64,000 nt of DNA from Geosiphon pyriformis uo1. Its lineage: Eukaryota > Fungi > Glomeromycota. How positions within the stretch are numbered: position 1 is the first letter of the stretch; every line of letters starts with the position of its first letter. A model generated the notes under the pieces. The model saw only the letters and a list, made by a program, of their open reading frames with translations, did not search any database and was not told where the DNA came from. The DNA lies in assembly GCA_016748015.1 (NCBI GenBank), contig JAAOMT010000034.1, forward strand, positions 124,001-188,000, written 5' to 3'. Positions 23,801 to 38,378 of the stretch are shown here, piece after piece. The translations under genes were made by a program, and so were the position numbers.

Positions 23801-26800
23801 GTCCAGGAATATCACTCCACATTCCTTTGTCTAGTAAGATAGTTCTACATGCGAGACATGATTGGTTATTCCACTTTTCTTGTTGTTTTGGTCATCCAAA
23901 GTGCTCTATGATGCATAGGTGACAGTAAAATCTTGTGGCCATAGAGTATTCTTCGTCATCGCCACAGTATGCACTCATTGATAACAATTTCTTACCACAA
24001 TTGATGTATTCCAATTTTGGTCGACAATAATTGGTTGGTGGTGATAAAGTGTATGCATCTGAACTATAAGTGCTGCTGGTAAGAGTGGTTCCTTCTTCTT
24101 TCTCCTTTCTCTTTCCCTTATCAGTTTCTTCCTACTCCCAGTTGGCTGGTTTGTCTTGGTCATTATCAGTTTCTCAGTTTTGGTCAGTTTTTCAGATAAG
24201 TTTTTTGTTTTCTTTCCCTTTTCTCTTATTGTCTTAAGAAAGTATTGGTGGTAGCTCATTGTGGTCTTCATTGGCCCATGAGACTTGGTAGGCTTCCCAG
24301 GTCAGTTTTCTTGTTTCTTTCTTGAACTCAATGAGTAGTTGGTCATTGCTTGGCTTAAAGTGGTTACAAGTGGCTGGTGTTCGAATATGCTGACCATTTT
24401 GGCTCAGTTGGAGCTCTTGCATTGTCCAATCGAGTACGGTGTTTGTTTTGGATAGCCAATTATTTCCAACATGAGCTTGGTACTAAGTGGCTTCCATCAC
24501 AAGAACTTTGATGGGTACTGTGATGCTGTTAATTTTGATAGGTAGGTTGTCTATTTCGCCTATTGGAGTTTTGATTGCTCCATCAGCTGTGATGATTCTT
24601 GCACTGGCAGCTTGGTCAACTCGGTGACCTAATTGATTCATGAATTGCCTTGTTATGATACTGCCAGCTGATCCACTATCTAAGATCAGTTTAATGGCAT
24701 AACCATCAATTTTGGCATCTGTATATATGGTGGTAATTGGCTTCTCTTCCAGAGCTGCTCCACTAAATAATGAAATCTCGATCGTTTCTTCCAAGTCAAA
24801 GAGAAAGATGGCCACAAGCAATTCGTTATTGATAACAGTTGCTGGTGGAATGTTGTTGGTAAGTGCTTGTTGTTGGTTGGATCCCGAATTGTTGGTGGTG
24901 GTGTCTTTTGAGATAACCAGGAGACTTAAATAGTTCTGGGAATTTGGGTTTTGGGTGGCCCCAGTACCCAAATTCCAAGAACACGATCCTGATGGTGAGT
25001 TGGAAAAACTGGGGATCAGTTGATGAACAACCATTGCTGATCTCCAGTTTTGTGTGATTCTAGGTTTGGGGTGGCCTAATGTCATATTAACTGAATTCTG
25101 GGGTGGTGTCTGAATTGATTGGGGTTGATAGATTACTTGTGGCTGTGGTTGATATATTACTGGTGGCTGTGGTTGATAAACTGGAGTCTGATATACTGGT
25201 GCTTGATAAATTGGCTACTGCATTATTGGCAGGTAAGTGTTTTGATATTGTTCCTGATTTTGTTGATATCTTGGAGTTTGAAATTGGCAATCGGGGTTTC
25301 TGTATTGATTTTCCAATCGCTGGTGGTTATAAGCATTGCAGTTTGCTCTGATGTGCCCTTGTTTACCACAGTTGTGACAAACACACATCTCTGACTGCCA
25401 TTGCTGATTGGGCAATGTTGAGGGATGCACTTGATTTTGGAAATGATTGTAGTTTCCTGGATTGCTGCATTATTGAGGTGGTTAATAAATTGTGCAATTG
25501 TTAGCTAAGTATCCTTCTAATTTCTGATTAATTGAATCACTAAATTGTTTCAACTTGGAGTTCAATTCAGATGATTTGTTCATTACTAGATTAATGGCTT
25601 GAGTGTGGTTGGCCTCAGACTCAGCTGATTCGAAATTTCTGACATATGTGACTGTATCTTGAAGGGTGTCTGAATGCAATGGGTGTATATGTTGTAAGAT
25701 GCTGCTGCGCAGGCCATGGATAAACTGGTTGAAGATCTGTGGTGCTGTGAAATAGTTGGTGTCAATTGCCTGGATCTGGCACAGATTTCTATGGAAGCAT
25801 CTCAGGTAAGTAGTGACTGCTTTAGTTTCTCCTTGCTTCATAGTGGTAAATATATTAACTAGATGGTTGATACTGTTATTGTTGCTAAAGTATCTTAAAA
25901 ATTTCACTTTGAAAGCATTGAAGTTTTGTGGTTTATTGATCAAGCTCTGATACCATGAATTGGCAGTATCTTTGAGAAAGTAGGGAATGGCTTGCATTGC
26001 TCGGACGTCATTTCATTCATTAGTTGCAATGGCTTTTTCCACATCATTCAGCCATACTTGAGTGTCATCCTCTTCGCTGGTAAAATTATCTAGTTTTACA
26101 ATTGGTGCATAGGTCATTGGATCTAAGTTGGATGGTTGTGGTGGCTGTTGAAGTGGTTGTTAATTTTGTTGAGGTGGTAGTTGAAATGGTTGCTATATGA
26201 GTTCAGCTATTGGATCAATTGGTAGTTGATCAATAATGATTACCAGAGATAAGTTTGGTTGATTAATTAGATCGAAGTTTCAATTATCCTGAGTTAGCGG
26301 TGTTTAAATATTCAGAGTTTCAACTTCCAAATTTACTGAATTTAAATTTTGCTGGTTCTGAAGATTCAGGGTTTCAAATTCCAGGTTTTCAGTAATTGGG
26401 TTCTGGTAAGTGAATTCTTGATCCTCAGTTTTTTTTTTTTCCTCTTCTTCTGATTCTGTTACCTCCCATGGATCAGAGATTCCAAAATCTGGTGAAAGTG
26501 GCAGTGATCAAATTCCTGATGGCATTGGTAATTGTAATTTAAATCCCTCGAAATATTCACTATATGGTCTTAATAATTCCACTTTCCTTTGTTTACTTTG
26601 GAATGAGAATCGTTCAAATGTTGATGTCGTGTTTGGTGTGGACACACCTGCAGATGAAATATTAATAGTGCTTCCGGGTGTGTGGTGATATGATAGATAT
26701 GGTGGGGATTTAATTCTTTGTTTCTTCCAGGTTGGTAGTTGTATCTCTTTAGGCATTACTGCTGGTGTTTGTAACCTTCCTTTGCCTTTATCTGCATAAG

Positions 26801-27104
26801 TGATAAGAAATTGTTGTTGAGTGTACTTTTCAATAGTTTGGTTGATTTCTCTGATTATTGGTGTGAAACTATAGTTCCTTGGTAAGTTGGTGTGTTGGAA
26901 TAATTCTGTGTAAAAGTTTTCTCTTGCTGCTTCAATATTAACTGTTCTTCCTAAGCATTCAGTGATTTTGTCATTAACGTAGAAGTTGAAGGCTGATTCG
27001 GCTGGGTAATGATTACTGTTTAATCCTAATTGTTGGCTGTATTGTTGAAACAAGAATTTCGCAAATCCTAAATGGTTTGCTCCTATAATTTCTGATTCTG
27101 CCAC
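20883..27104 (-). pseudogene. gag-PR-Cys-rich-dUTPase-RT-RNase H polyprotein of D
   Basis: CHNCGKQGHIRANC, LILDSGSAGS, AGFDL/SRSSLA/IIDAGYVG/EKIAQ/RGIQGFG, YLDD; ends NADSLSRMRQI-stop. Confidence 0.95.
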
Positions 27105-27166
27105 TTTTGGTTTGTTCTTGTTGGTGCTAGTTCTCTGTAGAATTATACCTTACAGGGAGCACCAAA

Positions 27167-28093
27167 TGTTACAGGTAATTCTTTGGAATGTCGCGTAAAT
27201 AACAAACCTGTAACTTGGTACTCAAAGCAATTGGTAACAATGATAATCTGAAGGTTTTTTATCTGAAGGTTTTTCAATTGAGTTCTTTGTATAATGAACA
27301 GAGATTCAATGGTAACAGTTTATTAATAGTTTCCTGAAACTGTAGTTTCGTCAATTGCTTGCTCAGCTTGATGATTGATGATTCTTCTGGTATGATATTC
27401 TCTGTAAGTATATACCAGTGCTGTTTCCTGACATCAGTTCCTCTGTAAGTCCTCCAAAAGTAAGTATTGTTTAAGTAAATTTATTCCTCTGTAAGTTCTC
27501 CAAGAGTAAGTATTTTTTAAGTAAGTTTTATTCCTCCATAAGTTCTCCAAGAGTAAATCCTTTAATCAAGTTAGTAGACAACAAAGAAAATAAAGAAAAG
27601 ATAAAAAAGAAAATAAGAAATAAGCCAAGGCAATTTGCAAGTTAGTATCCTGTCAATAGCCATGATCAAGAACTATTGTTCTAGTATGGTTAAGTATCCG
27701 TTACTATCAACATAAAGTGTTGATAATAAAGAATAGATTTGAAATAGTAAATATTTATTTATTTGAGAATTGTGGTAACTAAGCTAAGGATTTTTGGTGT
27801 CAATTTTTTTTTTCTGCTTCTAATGCTACTACTATATATACATATTTGAGATTCTTCAATTCTTCAATTCTTTGCAACAGGAATTCTGGAATTCCTGAAA
27901 TCCTGCAATTCCTGATGAGAGAAATTCTGAAATTCTAGAATCCTGTAATTCCTTGTCAGAAAATCTTGAAATTCCTGAAATCCTGTAATTCCTCTGAGAA
28001 GAATCTTGGAATTCTATATTTACTATATCTACATCTGATTGGCTAATATCTATTGACTAATAATACTATATTTCCTATATTCTATGAGTAACA
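27167..28093 (-). repeat. 5' LTR of D
   Basis: TGTTACA...GTAACA; PBS adjacent. Confidence 0.95.
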
Positions 28094-28097
28094 ATGT

Positions 28098-31000
28098 ACT
28101 GTATATTTGAATGATGCAAGTTCTATTTTCCATCTCATATGGCAATCATCTCCAAATTCTTGCTTTTTAATTAATGTTAATCTTTTGTGATCTGTGTATA
28201 TGTTAAATTTCTGGTTTAAGTATTCCTTTCATTTCATGACTTCCCAATAGATTGCTAAGTGTTCTAATGCTAATATTCCATAGTTTTTTTCTACTGGATG
28301 TTCTCTTCTATCTGGTTTTTTTTGAAATAATACTGCTTCCAATGCTTGACTTGATATATCAATAGTGATTATAAATGGCTTGCTATGATCTGGATAGATC
28401 AGTACTAAAGCTTGGATAAGCTTTCTTTTTAATATATCAAAAGCTTTTTGCTGGTTTTCTATTTATTTATATTTGGTGTTTTTTGTTTGGAGCTAATATA
28501 ATAGCTAAGCCAGTTTGAAAAAGTATTTAATGAAGCAACAGTAGTAACCCACAAATCCCAAAAATGCTTGTAGTTTAGTCAAGTTGGTGGATACTAGAAA
28601 GTTTTTAACTATCTCAATTTTGCCTGAATCTATTTTAATTTTATCTTTACTTACAATATGTTCCAAGAATTTTAATTTCATTTTGCCAAAGAAGCATTTA
28701 GTAGTATTTAACTTTAATTTTATTCATCTTAGTCTTTCAAATATTTGTTGTAAATAATAAAGATAGTTATCAAATGTTTTTGAAAATACATTGGTGTCAT
28801 TTAAGTAGACTACTACTGATTTTCATAGCAGTCCAGTATAAACAATTTCCATAAGCTGTTGAAATATGGCAGGAGCATTCATCAAGCCAAATGGCATAAC
28901 TTCAAATTCAAAATTTTTTTCTTGAGTTGTAAAAGCCATTTTCTCCTTGTCTTTTGGTTTTATGGCTACTTGTTAGTAACCACTGTCTAAGTCTAAAGTT
29001 GAGAACTATTTCTTCCTTCCAAAAGCATCGAAAAGTTCTTGGATCTTTAGAGTTGGGTAGCTATCTCCTTTGGTTATTTTATTAAGTTTCTGGTAATTCA
29101 CACAAAAGTGGATTTTTCTATTTTTCTTCTGGACTAGTACTACTGGTGACAATTATAGACTTATTAATGGTTGAATTAATCTGTTATCTGACATCTGATT
29201 GATTTCTTGACAAATAATTTCATGGCTGGCTGGTGGTACTTGGTATGCTTTTTGTTTGATTGGCATTGCATCTTCAGTCTTGATCTGGTGCTGAATTATG
29301 TCAGTTCTGCCAAATTTATTTTCACTGACAAAGATTTTATTGAAATTGTTGAGTAATATTTTAAGCTGCATACATTGTAGTGAGTCTAGATTTTCCAAGT
29401 TTATCTGTTCTAATTGTTTTGGTTAGAGCAAATAACATTCTTCTCATTTGTATATTGTTTGTGATGTAATATCCACATATTTACACAGTTGTAGAAAGTC
29501 TGAAATGGGATTTGGTAATTGTTCTTCAACTTCAGTGCTTAGATATCTAATAGTAGTTTCTTTTGGTATCTTGAGAACATTTTCTGTTGTATTGTAGATG
29601 GAAATTTTAATATGTTTCAGGCTTTTGGCTGGTATGTAAAGATTGGTAAGTCCAATTTTTTCTGATTTACAAATGATAGTTTTTACTTCAAAAATCTGAG
29701 CTTGATCTTTTACTTTCCTTTTTATGGCTAACATGTACTGGTTATATAGTGGAATAGAAACTAATTGATGGGTGGAGATAATTTCTTTCTTGTCAACAAT
29801 TTTTTCCTTTGCCATATTAACTAGTATGTCTATTCTATTTATGGATCTAAATCTCTGTATTTTTCTTGCTGTTATCCCTAATTCCTCTCTTTTTCTCATT
29901 GATACTAATTGAGCTATTTTAACCAGAGACAGAAATATTGTCTGTGCTATCTTTTTATTTGGCTCTATTGTATAGATCTTTTCTGAATTGTTTTGTAGCA
30001 TAGTCATAATATTTCTTATATATCTAGCATTAATTATTCCTCCTCTAATATTAATCGTTTTTTTCATTAAACTACTCTTCAATGCTAGTTAAACTATTGT
30101 TGTTGCTGAAATTTCCAGTGCTAATTTTAAATCAATACAAGTACATAAGTGTGGTTTTAATTTTATGGCTTCTTTTTCTGGATATCTTAAATCAAACTCT
30201 GCATCTGTATAATGTGTACATTTAGGCATTATACTTTCATTATTATTGCTGAACCATTTAAGTTTCTGCTCCTTGGTAAAGTCAGAAAGCACAATATATT
30301 GTTTTAGGTTTGAATCAAAGTCTGAATTATTGTTATTTTTATTGCCATTTTGAATGGAGCTGGAACTATTATTTTCATTGTTGTTATTGTCAGAGTTTAA
30401 ATTGGAATTGAACTGTAATTCTGATTCCAATATACAGCTGTTGATTGGTTTGTCTTTCTCTGAGATTGTGTAGATTATGCATGATGGTAGATTGTAAATG
30501 AGATTACACTCATTACAATACTGAAAATCACATAAAATCAAACAATGATTACATAATTGGGTGTTTATTTCTTTCAAGCACTGTTCTTGCTCTTTTTTTG
30601 TTGATGCCAAATTCTGGTAATGCTCATAGAATTCCTCTGGACCTGTCTTAATATCTAAAAATGCATCTGGATTGGAGATAAGAATAATATTGACTGGTTC
30701 TAAAGAATTGTTCTTTATCTCCAGGATCTTATTGGGCAAAGCACCTTCCACTTTGGTGTTAGTCATTTACCAGATCTCATCTTCATTGTGTGGATAGTCA
30801 TTTAAGCAAGAGATCACTTAGTGTCATGTGGCAGTAATAGATGTGTCACAACTAATCCAGTTGTTTATGAGAATTGTGTACTAACATAAAGCATTACATG
30901 TTTTTTCTCAACCAAGAATGTCATTCTACATTCCTTTATTGAGTAATTGTTTATTACAAGCGAGACATGGTTTGTTGTTCTACTTGTTCTGTCTTTTTGG

Positions 31001-33992
31001 ATAGCCATAGCATTCTTAATAGCATGGTTTGCAATAATAATGTGTTCTAGTTCAGTAGTCTTTGTTAGGTGCTATTTATGTTTCCATAAAGGATAGTTTC
31101 TTGTCACAATCTTAACATTTGAAAGAAATATATAGTGACTTCTTGATGGGTTTATGTAAGTATAATTGTTTCTAGTCATTGGTTATTTCTTCTGTGGCTG
31201 TGGTTTCTTTGGGTTTATCTTTTTTTTTCTTTTTTTCTTGTTGTCTCAAAAGAGTACTGGTGGCAGTTTGTTGTGATTAATGTTAGTTCATAAGACTTGA
31301 TAGGCTTCCCAGGTAGGTTTGTTTTTTTTTTCAAATTAATTAGCAGTGCTGATGTGATGTGTGGTTTGAAATAACCACATGTGACTGGTATCTAAGTGTG
31401 ATGTTCATTTTGGCTGAGTTGTAATTCCTAAATGGTCCAATTGAGTATGGCATTTGCTTTGATCAGCCAGTCATTTCCAATGAAAGCTTGGTATTGAGTG
31501 GTTTTTATGCTTAGGATCTTAATAGAAATAGTGATACCATTGATTTCAAAAGGGAAGTTGTTGATTTCACTGATTAGAGTCTTTGTTGCTCTATTAGTGG
31601 TAATAATTTTGGTACTGGCAGTGCAATCAACTTAGCAACTTAATTGGTCCATGAATTGTTAGATGATGATGCTGTCTGCTGATCTACTATCAAATATCAG
31701 TTTAATAGACTGACTATCAACTTTGGCATCAGTGTATATCATGGTAATGGGTTTTGCATTAAGGGCAGCTCCATTAAAAAGAGGTATTTTTTTTGGTTTT
31801 TCTATTTCAAAGGGAAAAATTGCTACTAATAATTCATCATTAGTAATGGTTACTAATAGGATGTTATTAGTAAATGACATTTGGTTAGTGTCTTAATTGT
31901 TGGTTTGGTTATTTTCTGGAGTCACAAGAAGACTTAAATAGTTTTGAGAATTCAGGTTTTGAGCATATCTGGTTCCTAAATTCTACTAATTGTGGGTTTA
32001 ATAAACTGGGGATCAGTTAATGGACTACTATTGCCGATTTCTAGTTTTGCTGAATAGTTTTTGGCTTTTGATTTCCAGTAGGCACTATTATTTGTGGTAG
32101 TGTTTAGATTTGCTGAAGTTGATAAATTATTTGTGGCTGTAGTTGATAAACAACTGGTGCTGGGGTTTGATAAATAGATGGTTGATAAATTGGCTGCTGT
32201 GTTATTAGTAAGTAATTTGGTTAATATGGTTTTGAATTTGGTTGATAATTCAGAGTTTGAAACCAGCAATCAGGGTTTCAATATTGATTTCCCAATTATT
32301 GGTCATTTAAGCAGTTGTAACAGTCAATTTGTAAGTGTTCTTGTTTATTACAATAATAGCAATTATGCATTTCAGTTTGCCATTGCTGATTGATGAATAA
32401 TAATGGACATGACTGATGTTGGGAACAATTTGTATTTCCTTGATTATTGTATCATTGTGGAGATTGATAAATGACTTAATTGTTAGCTAAGTATCTCTCT
32501 AATTTCTGATTGATTGAGTTGCTGAATTGCTTTAACTTGGAATCCAAGTCAAATGATCTGTTTATTACTAAATTTATGGCTTGAACATAGTTGGCTTTTA
32601 ATTCAGTAGCTTCAAAATCTCTGGCATGAGTAACTGCAGCTTGAAAGTTAGCTGGATGTAATGAGCATACATATTGTAGAATGCTGCTGCATAATCCATG
32701 GATAAATTGATTCAAGATTTAAGCTACAGTGAAATAATTAGCATCAATGGCTTAGATTTAGTGCAAGTTTCTGTAGAAGCATCCTAAGTAAGTAGTAACT
32801 GTTTTAGTTTCTCTTTGTTTAATGATGGTAAAGGTATTAACTAAGCAATTAATACTATTATTGTTGCTAAAATATTGTAGGAACTCAAGCTTAAATGTGT
32901 TGAAATCTTGAAGTTTGTTGGCCAGGCTTTGATACTATGAATTGACCATATTTTGGAAAAAGTATAAAATGGCTTGAAGTGCTCTGGCATCATTTCATTC
33001 ATTGGCTGTAATGGCTTTTTCCAAATTATTCAGCTATACTTGCACATTATCTTCTTTACCAATGAATTTTTTAATCTTGGCAATTGGTGCATATGTTATT
33101 GGTTGTTGTTGTGATAATTGTTGGAGTGATTGTTACAGTTGTTGTTAATATGGTACTTGCAGCTGTTGAATTGGTTCAGCAATTAGTTTAATTGGTGGCT
33201 AATTGATCATGATTACTAAAGGTAAGTATTGCTAATTAATTATGTCAGGGTTTGAATTGTTCTGTTTTTTCTGAATTTGGATATTTGGGGTTTCAACTTC
33301 CAGGTTTTTTACAATTAGGTTTTGGTAATTAAATTCCTGATTGTCATCTTCCTCCAAAAACTCATGGTTTCAAAATCTGGTGGAGATGATGGTAATTAAA
33401 ATTCTGATGGTGTTGGCAATTAAGATTTAAATTTTTTAAAATATTTGCTATAGATTCCTAATAGGTTGGTTTTTAATTGTTTACTTTAGAATAGTATTTA
33501 TGCTAATAGTGTTTTCACATTTGATGTAAACACACCTGCTGATAAGATGTTGATAGTGTTTTCAGGTGTATAGTGGTATGATGAATTGGTTGGTAATTCA
33601 AGTCTTGTTTTTTTCCAAGTGAGTGGTTGTATTCTTTGAAGTGTTACTGCTGGTGTTTGTAGTTTTCCTTTGCCTTTGTATGTATAGGTAATTGGATATT
33701 TTTGTTGAGTGTGATTTTCAATTTTCCTATTGATTTCAGTGAGAATTGCTATAAAGTTATAATTTACTGGTAAGTTGGTATTTTGAATTAATTCATTGTA
33801 AAAATTTCTTTTTGCTGAATTAGTTTTTACTAGTACTCTTAGCAAATATAAGATTCTTTTATTGACATAGAAATTAAAAACTGATTTTGTTAATAGATAA
33901 TTGTTGGTTAATTTCAAGTATTAACAATAGTGTTGAAATAAGAATTTGGCAAATTCTAAATGGTTTGTCCCTATTTTTTTTGGTTCTGCCAC
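28098..33992 (-). pseudogene. gag-pol remnant of E (gag, PR, Cys-rich, dUTPase, RT, RNase H)
   Basis: Collinear with D; heavily N/K/I-shifted ORF pieces at 29153-33917. Confidence 0.88.
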
Positions 33993-34055
33993 TTTTGGAT
34001 AGTTGTTTATTGGTACTGGTTTTCTGTAAGATTATATCTCATAGGGAGCACCAAA

Positions 34056-34811
34056 TATTACAAGTGATTATTTGGGGTCTCAAATCAAATAACAAACCTG
34101 TAACTTGGTACTCAATAGCTGTAATTGATAGTGATGTCTAAAAGTTTTACAATCTGAAGATTTTGGTTAAGTTTTTTGTATAATAGACAGAGATTCGATG
34201 ATGTGCAATTCTTTTGTAATGAGTTTTTCAATTTTTTTTTTCAGCTTGGTGGCCAGTTTATTTTGGCAGTTATGCTTTTTTGGTAAGCTATCCAATTTTT
34301 ACTTTATACACTTCTATTCAGATCTTTTACCAGGCTATCTGTGACATCAATAACTTAGTGTTTAATTTTTTAATCAATTAGTAAACAACAACAGAAATAC
34401 AAAATACAAAAGAAAAAATAAAAAAATAATATATAAGCCAAGACAATAAAATTAGTATTCTATTAATAGCTGTGATTAAGAGCTATTGTTCCAACATAAT
34501 CAAATATTTAATACTATCAACATGAAGTATTAATAATAAAAAAGTAATTTAGATGGTAAACAATTATTTATTAATATTGATAATTTTAATAGAAATGTAG
34601 TAATAAAAAGGTTTTGGTTATTATTCTGTCTTTTTTGTTTTTAACGCTCTTACTATATATATATATAATTTAGGTTTTACAAGATTGCTCACATTCCCAA
34701 GCAATGTGCTATAATTTCTTAAACAATGTGCTCATATGCTAACTACTACTCTTTTATTGGTCTATCTGTTTTCTTATTCTTTCTCTTTATATGTTTTCTT
34801 TATAAGTAACA
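34056..34811 (-). repeat. 5' LTR of E
   Basis: Ends AAGTAACA; similar to the A LTR; PBS adjacent. Confidence 0.85.
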
Positions 34812-34962
34812 CCAAGAAAAAATCTTTAACAATAGTTGTTAGTTTTATAAATTGACTGATAAAAAAACATTGTTTTACAGTTTGGCTTAGTAGATCTAAA
34901 TTTAGAACTAAGATTAAAAAAACTGGTTTAATAAGAGATAACAATATAGTATTTGGTCTAGT

Positions 34963-37900
34963 TAGAGTTTTAATTAAATTAAACCAAATTAAACTTTGAG
35001 TTTTATTCAAGTTTGGTTCAAATTATAAACTGAATCAATTTTTCAAAGTAAGTTTGGTTTAAGTTTAACATTAAATTTTTTTGACAAGTTTAAGTTTGGT
35101 TTGAAGTTCATAAACTTGTTTAAGTTTAATAAAATTAAAAAAAAATATAACTTGTACTATTTGTTTATTAATTATTATTTTGTTTAATTATTATAATTAG
35201 TTAAAAAAATATATAAAATTATACTTATATAACAATTTTACTTTTCAACTTATCAAAATAAATTTATTGTTGGTATTATTTAATGTTATCAAAAATTCAA
35301 AATCCAAAATAATAAAATTTAATAACCCAAATAATTCAAATATTAATATATTTGGTAAACACAGTTTTTAAAATAAAATATAAAACTATTTTAATAAGTT
35401 TAAGTGAACAAAAGAAAAAAAAACAGCTAAATATATGGTCTTAAAATGTGTACATAAACCATTTTCTTGTGAAATTATGAGCACTATTAAACTCTTATGA
35501 TATTATTAAAAAACTTTTCACTAAACAAAATATGTTATAATAAAAAAATATTATAAAAAAAAACAAAATGTTTAGAAAAATTGTAAGTTAATTGAAAAAA
35601 TGTTTTAATGGATGAAGTTGCTATTTTTTTATAATTTTTGGCTAATCTAACTAGAAAACTGCTTTAGTTTTTTGTAGTAATTTCTATTAAAATTAATAAT
35701 AAAAAACTTTGTAACATAATTACTATTTGGCTTATCAATTGGCAACAACTACTTTTTATAGTAAAAGACTCTAAATTAATCAAAATATTCTAATATTTGA
35801 ACTTTATTTTTCAATCTGTTTGTGCTGATGTAATTAAAAATAGAGTTATAAAACTTTATGTCTTAAATAAACAAAAATTAAAAGTAAGTACTACTTTTAT
35901 TATAAAATGTCTCTTTTTTTTATTTATATTTATAATATAATAGATATACTTAAGTACAATCAAGTTCAAAATTTTTTTTATATAAGATCTCTAACCATTT
36001 TCCAATAATAAAGCTTTTGTTTCTATTATCACTTATTATATTAATAACAATTGAGATTTTTAACAAACAATAATTGATTTTAAATTAATAAATAAATGAT
36101 ATAATAAAATAAATATTACAAACAGATTTTTTAAAATAATAAAAAATTAAAAAATTACATTAAAGATATGTATATATATTCTTACATGAATTTAGATTAG
36201 TTAATAGTCAATAATAAAATCAATATACTATACAGCATATTAGTATTATCTGAAACTTAGAATTATTATAATGTTTATATTATTAAAAATTATGTTTTTT
36301 TAATGTTGACTTAAATTGGTTTTTATTATTGCCTTAAAGCTGAATTTTTAGCATTAGCATTATTTGAGACTTAAAGTTATTATAATATTGATATCATTAA
36401 AATTTATGTTTTCTTAATATTAACTTAAATTGGTTTTTATTATTTCTTAAAGCTGAATTTTTAGCATTAGTATTATCTGAAGCTTAGAATTATCACAATG
36501 TTCATATTATTAAAATTTATGTTTTCTTAATATTGGTTTTTATTATTGTTTCAAACTAAATTTTCAGCCAAAAAAATTTAAAAAAATTTAAAAAAAAATT
36601 ATATTTACCCTTTTTTTTATATAAGTTATCATTAATTTTATTAGTTATAACTTAATTTTTTTGATAGTTTCTTGCTATTACTTTTAATAACACTGCAAAT
36701 AATAATACTTTTATAAAAAAGTTAACAAGAAAATTAAAAGAAAAAATATTCAATAAAACTTGAAGAACTTTCAATTTTGATGCTTTAATTATATTTTAAA
36801 CTTGGCAGTACAAACAACCCTAAATGAAATAAAAAATAATATTTCCAAAGTATTTGTTAAAAACTCAAACTGAATATATTTACCTAAAATTTTTCCAATG
36901 TAAACTTTATATAAATTAAAAATTAGAAAACTTAACTTTGCAATTTATACCTTATTTCAACATTTTGAGCTTTTTAAACACACTTATAATATATATTAAA
37001 TTAAATACTATAAACTTATTCTGAATTATCTTATCCAGTAGAATTTTATTTATAATATAATTAGAAATAGATTATTTTTTAAATTAATAAGTTATTTATT
37101 TCTGATTTTATATATTTTGAATAAAAAAATTTTATTTGTAAATTTATAAACATTAAACATTTTTATTAGTAATTACATTAACTTCTATTAATATGTTATT
37201 TTATATAATTAATAGATTATCTTTAATAAAATTGTTAAATTTTTTGAATTATTTAAAAATATTATGGTCAAAATGTCAACCAATTCAAATAATACTGTCT
37301 TTTTGAATATTTTTCTCTTTAATATTATTTTTAATTATGTTAAAAACATAGTTAATGATAATAAATTTGGTAAAACATTATAATTTTAATTGTATTTATT
37401 TAGTTATTTATTTAACACATTTAATATTAGATCTATTATTTGTTATAGTGACTAGAACAACAAAAAAAAAGTTGATTAAATATTACTTTAAAATAAATAC
37501 AACTGTAATGTTTTATACTGTATTGGATTTAAGAAAAAAATTTTATTATTTTACAAAGAAGAAATGTTTAGATCATAATATTAATAAAACAAAAAAATTG
37601 TAAGTTATTAATTTATTCAAATAGTTTTATTTTCTAATTTTTACATAATAAATAAATCTTTAAAATGCATATTCTTTTTGAAACAAAATATACACTAAAT
37701 ATTATAGTAATATTAAATAACAGTTTTTTGTTAAATAAAAATTTTAATAATACTATAGCATTAATTATACAATCTATATTAGAAACAGACTTTAATAATA
37801 ATAAAAAAGAAGAACTTGATAAAATTAAATGTTATATTTCTGAAAAGATAACCAATAAAAAATAAATGTAATAACATAATAAAAAATATATTATAAAAAA

Positions 37901-38378
37901 TATTTATCTAAATTAATATTTTATTAATAGTTTGATATTTAGACACATCAAACACAATTTTTTTGTTTTGTATATATGATTTAAAATTATTTGGCAAATT
38001 AAGAATTATTTATTGCTTTTGAATATGCTTTTTTTGCAAATGAGAATATGATTACAGATATAAGGTTTCATTTAGTGTTTAAAACTATAAAAACAGTACA
38101 GTGTTTTCAATTATGAATGCAGAGACTATTGAAAAAAAAATTAAATAATAATATAGTATAATATAATGTTTTTAATAGTTAAACTTGAATATATTTATGA
38201 ACTTTAAACCAAACTTGAACCAGACTTGTTGTATGTGTTTGGGTTCAGTTCAAGTTCAGTAATTTTAAGTTTGGTTTAAGTTTAAGTTCAAAATTTTGCC
38301 AAATTTTCTGTTTAAGTTTGGTTTAATTCAGTAATTTGATTAAATTTAAACTGAACCAAACCAAACATCAGAACCCTA
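34963..38378 (+). mobile_element. hAT DNA transposon copy 1, highly degenerate, intron-containing transposase
   Basis: TAG(G/A)GTT...AACCCTA TIRs; GAACC/AAACC subterminal arrays; flanks GGTCTAGT/AATTTGGT fit an 8-bp TSD; remnants of ITxDNAANN, RCFNHILNLAVQ, VLDPR and the dimerisation domain. Confidence 0.85.
36240..36570 (+). repeat. ~117-bp minisatellite (~3 units) in hAT copy 1; mirrored at ~44060-44385
   Basis: TTAGTATTATCTGAAACTTAGAATTAT...GCTGAATTTTTAGCA repeated. Confidence 0.85.

Larger units (their letters stand above)
17814..28093 (-). mobile_element. Full-length Ty3/gypsy element D (10.3 kb)
   Basis: LTRs 17814-18752 and 27167-28093; perfect TSD ATGT at 17810-17813 and 28094-28097; PBS 27147-27164; PPT 18753-18767. 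Confidence 0.97.
17775..34811 (-). mobile_element. Ty3/gypsy element E, older; pieces 17775-17813 and 28094-34811; host of D and A
   Basis: 17775-17813 encodes the RNase H tail (HYKRGKKNKNANG) that continues from 28094; gag-pol remnants; PBS 34036-34053; LTR 34056-34811. Confidence 0.88.

Noticed and set aside
27415-27445. Hammerhead ribozyme (CTGATGT..GAAA on the minus strand)
   Set aside because: Core is not CUGANGA and stems are lacking; better explained as a decayed CTGACGTCAG palindrome
36240-36570. CRISPR-like array (also the LTR repeats at 2526-2660 and 18510-18675)
   Set aside because: Units are contiguous with no unique spacers; eukaryotic TE context
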